Of a stretch of DNA of 64,000 bases, positions 51,249 through 59,265 are shown one piece after another. A program made the position numbers and the translations under genes. The notes beneath the pieces are model-generated. The model had not been told where the DNA came from. It worked only from the letters and a program-made list of their open reading frames with translations, and ran no database searches. The DNA comes from Candidatus Omnitrophota bacterium. GTDB taxonomy: Bacteria > Omnitrophota > Omnitrophia > Omnitrophales > Aquincolibacteriaceae. The first letter of the stretch is position 1. Every line of letters starts with the position of its first letter. The stretch spans positions 69,978 through 133,977 of the forward strand of contig CAISGE010000032.1 in NCBI GenBank assembly GCA_903884815.1, given 5' to 3'.

Positions 51249-52208
51249 GTGTCGATTCTGTTGGCCCGGTTGTGTTCTATGACCTTTGCTCCCTACAAGA
51301 CCTGTCAGTTATGTCCCCGTGACTGCAAAGTGGACCGTACGCAAGGGGAATTAGGCTTTTGCGGCGAGAGTGCCACCTGCCGGGTTTCCTTTATCGGGCC
51401 CCACTTCGGAGAGGAGCCTTCGTTCACGGGCACGCGCGGCTCCGGGACAATCTTCTTTAGCGGCTGCTCCAGCCAGTGCTTTTTTTGCCAGAATTATCAG
51501 ATCTCCCTCCGTCACGAAGGCCGCACGGTCACACCCCAGGAACTGCTCGCTGAGACGAGGGCGCTTCTTCAGAAAAAGGTTCACAATCTGAATTTCGTGA
51601 CACCGGACCATTTTTGGCCGCATATTCAGAGCCTTTGCCGCTCTCTGCGGGAGGAAGGGGTTCGAGTTCCCATGCTTTTTAACTGTTCCGGATATCAAAA
51701 GCCGGAACGGGTGGCGGAGTACGCGGAGTGGATGGATATTTTCCTTCCCGATTTCAAATTTTCGGAGCCGGGGCTTGCCCAAATGTGCATGGGGGACGAA
51801 CACTATCCCGAGACCGCGCTCCGGGCGCTTCATGAAATGGTGCGGTTGAAGGGTTTCCTGGAACCCTGGGACGTCACAGGATCGGAGACTGCGCAGCGCG
51901 GGGTGTTGGTCCGTCATCTGGTCTTGCCGGGGCAGGTCGGGAATAGCCTGGAAGTGTTACGGTCGCTCCGTCGCGAATTTGGTCCCGGGCTACCGCTTTC
52001 CGTGATGAGCCAATTTTGCCCGGTGCCGGGGTGCGAAGGGAAAAAAGAATTCCAGCGTCGTTTAACTGCCGTCGAATATGATCAAGTTCTTGAATTGGTG
52101 GAAGAACTGGGTTTTGAAAAGGTCTACACGCAAGAGCTTCAGGAAGACAAAGCTTTCCTGCCGGATTTCAAGGACCCCGGGAACCCTTTTCCGGGCAACA
52201 AAAAATGA
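51249..52208 (+). CDS. Radical SAM protein, PflX-like
   Basis: C.LCPR.C, HFGEEP, GSGTIFFSGC...CFFCQN, VRHLVLPG; start may be 51279. Confidence 0.9.
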   Translation: MSILLARLCSMTFAPYKTCQLCPRDCKVDRTQGELGFCGESATCRVSFIGPHFGEEPSFTGTRGSGTIFFSGCSSQCFFCQNYQISLRHEGRTVTPQELLAETRALLQKKVHNLNFVTPDHFWPHIQSLCRSLREEGVRVPMLFNCSGYQKPERVAEYAEWMDIFLPDFKFSEPGLAQMCMGDEHYPETALRALHEMVRLKGFLEPWDVTGSETAQRGVLVRHLVLPGQVGNSLEVLRSLRREFGPGLPLSVMSQFCPVPGCEGKKEFQRRLTAVEYDQVLELVEELGFEKVYTQELQEDKAFLPDFKDPGNPFPGNKK

Positions 52209-52298
52209 CCTGCGACAAGAGATGGGAAACTCGTGACCGAAGACGAAAAGACGCGCTGATTATTTAGTCTTTAGTCTGGGGCCGCTCGTCTTGGGTCT
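52206..52298. repeat. Degenerate heptamer-periodic inverted repeat (element E)
   Basis: TGACCTG-CGACAAG-AGATGGG-AAACTCG-TGACCGA-AGACGAA, 16-nt spacer, TTAGTCT-TTAGTCT-GGGGCCG-CTCGTCT-TGGGTCT. Confidence 0.65.
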
Positions 52299-52343
52299 CT
52301 TATTGTGTGTTGAGCCGAAAGAGTTATATAATGCCTCAACCCT

Positions 52344-53030
52344 ATGGCTACCCTGACAAAAGCAGTCACCCTATCGCCGTCCGCCCTGAGCCTTTTTAAG
52401 GACTGCTCGCGGTGTTTCTGGCTCGAAAGGGTCCAGGGCATCAAACGCCCCCGCGGTATTTTTCCGTCGCTGCCGGGGGGCATGGATCGCGTGATCAAGA
52501 CCTATTTTGATACCTTTCGAGCCAAGGGAGCCCTTCCTCCGGAACTTTGCATCGATGCTTTCAAGGGCATCCATCTTTATGCTGATCAAGCCCGGCTCGA
52601 AGGCTGGCGCGAATGGCGCACCGGTCTCAAGTATCAGGACCCGGAGGATGGCGCGGTTCTTTCCGGAATGTTGGATGACCTGCTCGAGAAGGACGGTCTT
52701 TATATTCCCTTCGATTACAAGACCAAGGGGTCGCCCGCCAATGAAGAGGACGCGACCAAATACTATCAAACCCAGCTTGATTGCTACGCCCTGATGCTCG
52801 AGGGGAATGGCCTGAAAACCCCTGGGTACGGATTCTTGCTTTATTATTCACCGAAGGTGGTCGGGGAACGCGGGCAAGTGCAGTTCGAGATACAGCCGAT
52901 CCGGATCGGGACGGATACGGATCGTGCGCGGGATCTTTTCCGCAGGGCGCTTTCCATCCTGACAGGGCCGGCGCCTAAGGCTGCATCCAAGTGCGAGTAT
53001 TGCGGGTGGCTCGAAAAGTTCAGAAAATAA
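52344..53030 (+). CDS. PD-(D/E)XK nuclease, RecB/Cas4-like, solo
   Basis: LSPS.L..F..C.RCF, G.LDD, DYKT, QL..YA, C-terminal CEYC. Confidence 0.88.
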   Translation: MATLTKAVTLSPSALSLFKDCSRCFWLERVQGIKRPRGIFPSLPGGMDRVIKTYFDTFRAKGALPPELCIDAFKGIHLYADQARLEGWREWRTGLKYQDPEDGAVLSGMLDDLLEKDGLYIPFDYKTKGSPANEEDATKYYQTQLDCYALMLEGNGLKTPGYGFLLYYSPKVVGERGQVQFEIQPIRIGTDTDRARDLFRRALSILTGPAPKAASKCEYCGWLEKFRK

Positions 53031-53064
53031 AGAAGCGTATCTTCAAAATACGAGGAGGTGCATC

Positions 53065-53352
53065 TTGACGACTCAAAAAACGGCGCTGAGGATCCTGGTT
53101 GAGAAACCCACAAGCGAGAAACTGAAGGCCCTCAATGTTTTGTCGTGGCCGATCTGGACGAAAGAGGTCTCGTCCTTCGACTGGTCCTACGAGGAACAGG
53201 AGATTTGTTACTTTCTCGAAGGGGAAGTGACCGTGAAAACCCCGGATGGAGACATTTCCTTCGGCAAGGGAGATCTTGTGATATTTCCTCAGGGGCTGCA
53301 ATGCGTTTGGAACATTAAGAAGCCTGTCCGGAAACATTATCAATTCGGCTAA
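53065..53352 (+). CDS. Cupin, DUF861-like
   Basis: WPIW.KE.S.F.W.Y...E.CY.LEG, GDLV.FP.G, V.KHY; GAGGAGG RBS. Confidence 0.88.
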   Translation: MTTQKTALRILVEKPTSEKLKALNVLSWPIWTKEVSSFDWSYEEQEICYFLEGEVTVKTPDGDISFGKGDLVIFPQGLQCVWNIKKPVRKHYQFG

Positions 53353-53381
53353 ATAAAAAGCACTTTGAGAGAAAGGTTTTT

Positions 53382-53804
53382 ATGACATCCCCGACGCCTA
53401 AGACCAATGCGATGCTCATTTGTGATTATGTGATCACGGAGCGCGAGACCAATAAAAAGAGCCTGATCGGAGTTTTTGAGAACATCGGAGCGGCGACATT
53501 CCCGTGCACGCACTTCGCGATGTCGGTCTATATCAAGCTGACCGATGCGCAAGGGGGCTATCAATTTCGCCTTGAGCTCGTGGATCTGCAAAGCGATATC
53601 ATGATCGGGAAAAGTGAGATCCCGGACGAGGTTCATGTTCCGAGCCCGCTCGACGCGCACGAACTGGTATTCAATCTGCGCGGGGTCCGCTTTCTGCACG
53701 CGGGGAATTATGAATTCCGGATTTTCGCCAACGACAGGATCTTCGGTCAGAAGAAGCTGGTGGTTGAGCAAGTCCAGGCGAATCCGGCACCGGAAGGAAA
53801 ATAG
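53382..53804 (+). CDS. Conserved hypothetical protein, DUF6941-like
   Basis: CD.VI.E....K.SLIG.F and F...G.Y. Confidence 0.75.
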   Translation: MTSPTPKTNAMLICDYVITERETNKKSLIGVFENIGAATFPCTHFAMSVYIKLTDAQGGYQFRLELVDLQSDIMIGKSEIPDEVHVPSPLDAHELVFNLRGVRFLHAGNYEFRIFANDRIFGQKKLVVEQVQANPAPEGK

Positions 53805-53814
53805 GAGGCCTGTC

Positions 53815-54369
53815 ATGGCGAAAATAGCACTCGTGATATTGGCGGAGGGGTTCGAAGAAGTGGAGGCGATTGGACCGGTCGACCTTCTGAGGCGTGCCGG
53901 CGTGCGCGTCACGATGGCGGGGCTCAAAGATCTCCGCGTGAAAAGCTCCCGGCATCTCGTTGTCGAGGCAGATATTCTTCTCGAAGATATGAAAGAAATG
54001 CCGGATGCGGTGATCCTGCCCGGGGGTATCCCGGGCGCTACGAATCTTGCCGGGTCGAGCGAAGTCGCGGCACTGATCAAGAAAATGAACGCGGCGGGGA
54101 AGATCGTTGCGGCGATTTGTGCCGCTCCGGCCGTGGTCTTGGCACCGCTGGGTATCCTCGATGGGAAAAAGGCGACCTGTTATCCCGGCTGCGAATCCGA
54201 TTTCTCGAAAACAACCGTTCATTCCAAGGATCGGGTCGTGGAAGACGGGAATATTATTACCAGCCAGGGTCCCGGCACGGCTTTGGAGTTTGCTTTCGCA
54301 ATCGCGGTACGGCTTGCAGGTAGAGATATGGCTGAAACTGTCCGCGGCAAAATGCTGATTCCTGCCTGA
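53815..54369 (+). CDS. DJ-1/YajL family protein
   Basis: GFEEVEA, LPGG..G, AICAAP, TCYPG, TSQGPGTA. Confidence 0.93.
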   Translation: MAKIALVILAEGFEEVEAIGPVDLLRRAGVRVTMAGLKDLRVKSSRHLVVEADILLEDMKEMPDAVILPGGIPGATNLAGSSEVAALIKKMNAAGKIVAAICAAPAVVLAPLGILDGKKATCYPGCESDFSKTTVHSKDRVVEDGNIITSQGPGTALEFAFAIAVRLAGRDMAETVRGKMLIPA

Positions 54370-54376
54370 GGGTGCG

Positions 54377-54886
54377 ATGGCTTTTATAGAGATCGAACAG
54401 AAATACCGTTTGAGGAATCCCGCGAAATTCCGAACAAGGCTCAGGGAAATGGGCGCGCGGAAGATCGCAAGCGGCGTGGAATCGAATGAGTTCTATGATC
54501 GCGGCGATTTTCTTAAAAAACAAAAGGTCGCGCTTCGGCTTCGTCGTTTTGGCCGGCGATTATCGACGCTGACATTGAAGGGCCCGCGGATCAAGAGCGC
54601 GTTCAGTAAGCGCATGGAGATCGAAACGCCGATCGAGTATGCGACGGCGAAGGCGATCCTGGGGTTTTTGGGATGCCGGCTCGTGAGGAAGTATTCCAAA
54701 CAGCGCGAACTTTATAAGTTGGGTGCGGCGCATGTTACCGTGGATTTTCTGAAAAAATTCGGTTGGTTTCTTGAGATCGAAGGTTCGCCTCAAACGATCC
54801 GGAAAATTGAAAGGAATTTGGGACTTGCCCGCGAGGACCGAGAAGAACGTTCGTATCTTCAAATGGTGTTTGAACATGCGATGTAA
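54377..54886 (+). CDS. CYTH / class IV adenylate cyclase family protein
   Basis: EIEQK (ExExK), LRLR, LTLKG, R.E.E, FLEIEG, SY. Confidence 0.88.
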   Translation: MAFIEIEQKYRLRNPAKFRTRLREMGARKIASGVESNEFYDRGDFLKKQKVALRLRRFGRRLSTLTLKGPRIKSAFSKRMEIETPIEYATAKAILGFLGCRLVRKYSKQRELYKLGAAHVTVDFLKKFGWFLEIEGSPQTIRKIERNLGLAREDREERSYLQMVFEHAM

Positions 54887-54938
54887 CCTTTTTCAGTAGG
54901 CGGATCAAAACAATAAAATAAGAGCCGAGCGGTGCATC

Positions 54939-55616
54939 ATGTTCTGGAAAACATCGGGGATTCTATTGATTTTCGCGATATGTTTTGGTGTGGCGTCTGT
55001 CTATGCGGGGAAGATGGAGCTGACGACTTATTATCCCGCACCTTCCGGAGATTATGACCAGTTATCCGCGAATAAACAAACTTATACGTCGGACAAAGTG
55101 CAACCCGGCACCTCCGGGAGGCTTCGACTCCCGCCGCAACTGGGGAATCCCGACAAAACCAACTTAGGGGATATTTGGGACGCGAGCATCGCCAAACTCG
55201 GGGAAATCGCCTATTCAGAGGCGAAGAAGGGGCTTGTTATTTTTGACGGTACGGCCTGGGCGTCTGTGGCCGGGAGCAGCGGGAAAACCTGTGTTGTAAA
55301 ATACGGGATCGATAGGAATTGCACGAACGCCTGTAACGCCGAGACCGAGGACGTCACGAATCTCGGTTATTTCGGGGCTTGTTTTTATGGCGAGGTGGGA
55401 AGTTTCACCCGAGGTCTTTCCTCTGATTTTCCTGCCGGATGGTATGGTAGAGCGGCCCTTCCGGACAGAGGAGCATACAGGGCGGATGGTCCCAATTGTA
55501 AATTGGATTGTAAAAATCAAAATATTACTCCGTGCGCTTTGCCTACGGATACTTTCACAGGGGGCTCATCTTATTTGACGGTGACAGGCTACGCCTGTCG
55601 TTGCTGCGAAAAATAA
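54939..55616 (+). CDS. Exported Cys-rich hypothetical protein
   Basis: Signal peptide, LTTYYPAP.G.Y, Cys-rich C-terminal domain ending CRCCEK. Confidence 0.78.
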   Translation: MFWKTSGILLIFAICFGVASVYAGKMELTTYYPAPSGDYDQLSANKQTYTSDKVQPGTSGRLRLPPQLGNPDKTNLGDIWDASIAKLGEIAYSEAKKGLVIFDGTAWASVAGSSGKTCVVKYGIDRNCTNACNAETEDVTNLGYFGACFYGEVGSFTRGLSSDFPAGWYGRAALPDRGAYRADGPNCKLDCKNQNITPCALPTDTFTGGSSYLTVTGYACRCCEK

Positions 55617-55635
55617 CTTACACAGGAGAAATACT

Positions 55636-56202
55636 ATGGTCATCGCATCGGATATCAGGGTCGGAAATGTCATTCGCGTGGACGGAAAACTCTGCAAGGT
55701 ACTGACGCAGGAGATACGCGGGACGGGAAAATTCGGCAAAAGCGCGATGCTCAAACTGCGGAGTCTTGAGGAAGGGAATGTGATCGAGAAAAAAATGTCG
55801 GCCGATGCGGATGCTGAGGAAGTGGACACCCGGGTCGTCGAGATGCAGTATCTGTACAAGGAAGGCGACCACTTTATGTTCATGAATATGGAGACCTACG
55901 ACCAGTTCCCGTTGCCCGCCAAGGCGGTGGGCAAGCACGAGGTGTTCCTCCGGGAAAACGAGGTGATCAAGGTTCTTTTCGGGGAAGACAAGGTCCTGAG
56001 CATCGCGTTCCCGACGATCGTCGAACTGAAAGTGGTGAGTACATCGAAGGGGCTAAATTCCGCCGCGAATTTTAAAGAAGCGGAGCTTGAGAACGGACTG
56101 ACGGTTCTGGTGCCGCAATTCGTCAGCGAAGGGGAGACGATCCGTCTCAATACCGATGACCTGAGCTATCTGGACCGTGTCTCGGTCCGGAGTATGTCTT
56201 AA
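55636..56202 (+). CDS. efp: Elongation factor P family protein with atypical loop
   Basis: ASDIR.G, MQYLY.EG...FM..ETYDQ, K.A.LENG....VP.F...G; loop reads RGTGKFG. Confidence 0.88.
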   Translation: MVIASDIRVGNVIRVDGKLCKVLTQEIRGTGKFGKSAMLKLRSLEEGNVIEKKMSADADAEEVDTRVVEMQYLYKEGDHFMFMNMETYDQFPLPAKAVGKHEVFLRENEVIKVLFGEDKVLSIAFPTIVELKVVSTSKGLNSAANFKEAELENGLTVLVPQFVSEGETIRLNTDDLSYLDRVSVRSMS

Positions 56203-56241
56203 AACAGCAATGAGCCCTAGGCTATAAAGTCGGAGGAAAAC

Positions 56242-56784
56242 ATGGGAAAGATCTTTAAACTGGGTTTCGTCATGATGATCCTTGCAATATTTCCTGTTTT
56301 GGGACAAGCGGCGGATGCCCCGGGGAAGCTGGTGGTCCAGAGTTCCGCGTTCGTGGAAGGACAGGGCATTCCTTCAGATTTTACATGTGACGGGCCCGAT
56401 AAGTCGCCGCCGATCGCGTGGTCGGGTGCCCCTTCAGGGACCCGGAGCTTTGCCATCATCGTGAACGATCCCGATGCGCCGTACGGGAATTTTACCCACT
56501 GGGTGCTCTATGATCTTTCGCCTGCCTTGAACCAGCTTCCGTCCGGCATCCAGGAAACGGCGATTATCCCTGACGGAGGCTTCCAGGGAAGATCGGATTT
56601 CGGGAGAGCCGGTTACGGGGGGCCTTGTCCGCCGAACAGGAAGCACCGGTATTTTTTTCGGGTCTTCGCACTCGACAAGATCCTGCATCTTGAGCCCGGG
56701 GCGACGCGGAACACAGTACTCGCGGCCATGAAGGGGCACGTTTTGGCCGAGGGACAACTGATGGGAACCTACGAGCGGTCCTGA
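56242..56784 (+). CDS. YbhB/YbcL (PEBP) family exported protein
   Basis: SPP..W, DPDAP, HWV, GYGGPCPP, HRY.F. Confidence 0.93.
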   Translation: MGKIFKLGFVMMILAIFPVLGQAADAPGKLVVQSSAFVEGQGIPSDFTCDGPDKSPPIAWSGAPSGTRSFAIIVNDPDAPYGNFTHWVLYDLSPALNQLPSGIQETAIIPDGGFQGRSDFGRAGYGGPCPPNRKHRYFFRVFALDKILHLEPGATRNTVLAAMKGHVLAEGQLMGTYERS

Positions 56785-56801
56785 AGTGCTAAGGAGATTT
56801 T

Positions 56802-57206
56802 ATGAACGCGGGACATGAAGTGCATCATCGCAAGAAGAGGATCCTGGCAGTCGATGATGACGGCCTAGTGAGGAAGTCTCTAGAGATCCTCCTCCGCGAG
56901 GCCGGTTATGAGGCGTCGGTGGCGAGTGGCGGGCAGGAGGCTTTGGGTTACCTCGTTCAAAGGCATTTTGACCTTTTGATCACGGATATTCGCATGCCGG
57001 GGATGGATGGACTCCAGGTCATCCAGGCGGTTCGCGATTATACCCGGGAAATGAAAAGGGAGCCGATCCCCGAGATCGTGCTTACCGCCTACAATGACGA
57101 ACACGTTCGCGCATCCGCCGAGCGGCTGGGGGTCCGGGAATTTCTCCTGAAACCGTTCAAGATGGATGAGTTCTTGAAGGCTCTCGAGCGCAATTTGAGC
57201 CGGTAA
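56802..57206 (+). CDS. Stand-alone response regulator receiver
   Basis: VDDD, TDIRMPGMDG, LTA, KPF. Confidence 0.92.
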   Translation: MNAGHEVHHRKKRILAVDDDGLVRKSLEILLREAGYEASVASGGQEALGYLVQRHFDLLITDIRMPGMDGLQVIQAVRDYTREMKREPIPEIVLTAYNDEHVRASAERLGVREFLLKPFKMDEFLKALERNLSR

Positions 57207-57276
57207 GCTGCGCCCCAAGCTGTCCCGTCCCTATAAAAATCATGGAAAATGGTGCAAGATAAGGTATTATGAGCGT

Positions 57277-57648
57277 ATGAAGTCAAATGATCTGGATTTT
57301 GAGATCTCGTTCCTCGAAGGCGTTCTGAAACACCGCCCCAATTATGTTGATGCCCTAGCCCCGCTCGCCGAGGCCTATACCCGCCGCGGTCTTTTTGAGA
57401 AGGGGCTTGAGATCGACAAGCGGCTGGCCTTTCTCTGCAAGGAAGACCCCATTGTTCATTACAACCTAGCCTGCAGTTTTGTCCTTTCCGGCTATACCTC
57501 GAAGGCCCTGACGGCGCTCAAGCGGGCGGTCAAGCTTGGATTTACGGACCTCGAGCATCTGCAGAAGGATCCGGATCTGAAACCTTTGCGCGATTATGCG
57601 CCGTTCCAGAAGTGGCTTTTGACCCTTTCCTCCAAAGTGCCTTCCTGA
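57277..57648 (+). CDS. Small TPR protein
   Basis: LAEAYT..G....GL..D, HYNLAC, D.DL..LR. Confidence 0.82.
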   Translation: MKSNDLDFEISFLEGVLKHRPNYVDALAPLAEAYTRRGLFEKGLEIDKRLAFLCKEDPIVHYNLACSFVLSGYTSKALTALKRAVKLGFTDLEHLQKDPDLKPLRDYAPFQKWLLTLSSKVPS

Positions 57649-57669
57649 AGGATCCTTTTAAAGGAATGA

Positions 57670-58779
57670 ATGGCAACCTCTCCCGCAATGAAACGTAAGA
57701 AACAGGAGCATATCGCCGAGCATCACGGCCGCAAATTGCTCAGGTTCCTCGAAAAGAAAAAAGAGTCCATTTCGCCTCTTTTGATCGTGACCCACGACTA
57801 TCCGGACCCGGACGCTATTGCGACCGCTATGACTCTTCAGTTTATCGCCGAACGTCTTCACGGGATCAAGTCCCGGATCGTGTACAAGGGGATCATCGGG
57901 CGGGTGGAGAACCGGGCGATGGTGAATCTCCTCAAGGTTCCGGTCCATAAGTTCCGTCCCTCCGATATCCGGGCCTATGCCAACGCCGCCCTGATCGACA
58001 CGCAGCCGGAATTTGAAAATAATCCTTACCCTCGGAACAAGAAGGTCCTGCTCGTGATCGACCAGCATCCTTATGTCAAGCGTCCGCTGGCGGAACTCGC
58101 GATCATCGATCCCGATTGCGGAGCGACGAGCGTCATCCTGGCACAGGCGCTGCTCCAAAGCGGTCTTGAGATCCCCAAACGTATCGCGACGGCGCTGGCT
58201 TACGGAATCCTGTCCGATACGCTTAATCTTTACCGGGCGCATCGCTCAGACATTATTCAGACCTATCTGGATGTCTTGCCCCTTTGCGATATGCGGACTC
58301 TGATCCGTATCCAGAATCCTCCCAAGTCGAAAAAGTTTTTTAGCACGCTGAACCGCGGGCTTCAGGGCGCTCGGGCCTTCCGCGGCGTGATCGTGTCCCA
58401 TCTCGGGGAAGTGGAACATCCGGACCTGGTCTCCGAGATCGCGGATTTTCTTTTGACTTACAAAGGCATGGAACGGTCGCTTTGTACGGGCCGTTACAAA
58501 GACAAGCTGCACGTGTCTCTGCGGAGTAACCGGCTGACGGATGAAACCCCTGAGATCCTCCGTGATATTTTTGACGACCGCAAAGAAGCCGGAGGCCATG
58601 ACATGGTGGCGGGCGGCAGTTTCCACGTGCACGGCAAGGATAAAGATGAGAGCCGGTGGAAAGAGGTGGAAGCCACCCTGGTCGCCCGGCTCCTGAAACG
58701 TCTGCGTCTTCCCGCGAAAGCAGATTTCTACAAACCCTTCCAGCACGAAAAGTCCGCTGCCCACTTCGCTGCTTCCTAG
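57670..58779 (+). CDS. DHH/DHHA1 phosphoesterase, DQH variant
   Basis: H..PDPDA, IDTQP, IDQH, GI.SDT, GGH...AGG. Confidence 0.88.
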   Translation: MATSPAMKRKKQEHIAEHHGRKLLRFLEKKKESISPLLIVTHDYPDPDAIATAMTLQFIAERLHGIKSRIVYKGIIGRVENRAMVNLLKVPVHKFRPSDIRAYANAALIDTQPEFENNPYPRNKKVLLVIDQHPYVKRPLAELAIIDPDCGATSVILAQALLQSGLEIPKRIATALAYGILSDTLNLYRAHRSDIIQTYLDVLPLCDMRTLIRIQNPPKSKKFFSTLNRGLQGARAFRGVIVSHLGEVEHPDLVSEIADFLLTYKGMERSLCTGRYKDKLHVSLRSNRLTDETPEILRDIFDDRKEAGGHDMVAGGSFHVHGKDKDESRWKEVEATLVARLLKRLRLPAKADFYKPFQHEKSAAHFAAS

Positions 58780-59265
58780 ATAAACCATCGCACTTCTGCC
58801 CGAGCTGCCATTTCTTTGGAAATTCTTCTCCACAAGTGTGTCAAAAAGGATCAATGCTAAATCATTAAAGATATTTGTCGCTATATATTAATTGTTAATG
58901 TTATAAAAATAGTTCTTGAAGATTATATAGATTCTAAATATTATCAGAAGCTATTGATTTATTCTTTCGCTCAATGTACCTTTGTATTGAGGAAAAAGAA
59001 TATGAAAATAGCTAATCATATAGGCCCGCTACGGGTGTGGAGTGAGAGTCCTAGATTTTGGGACTCTCTGGTTGGATTCCAGGTAAAGAGAAGGGACCCG
59101 AGATTGGGGAGAAAGGACACGGGTCTTGGAACGCGTTCCTCTTTTTTAAATGCGAATTCCAAGACCTGGGTTGCCAGTCCCCAAGGGGCGATCGCCTTTT
59201 TAACGGCCCCAATCTTTTCTTTCTTTTCCAAAAAGGTGATGGGGACCGCACCAATTTCAAAAAAA

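Noticed and set aside
59044-59215. c-di-AMP or c-di-GMP riboswitch in the exoprotein leader
   Set aside because: Conserved consensus blocks were not found by eye; kept only as an unassigned structured leader.
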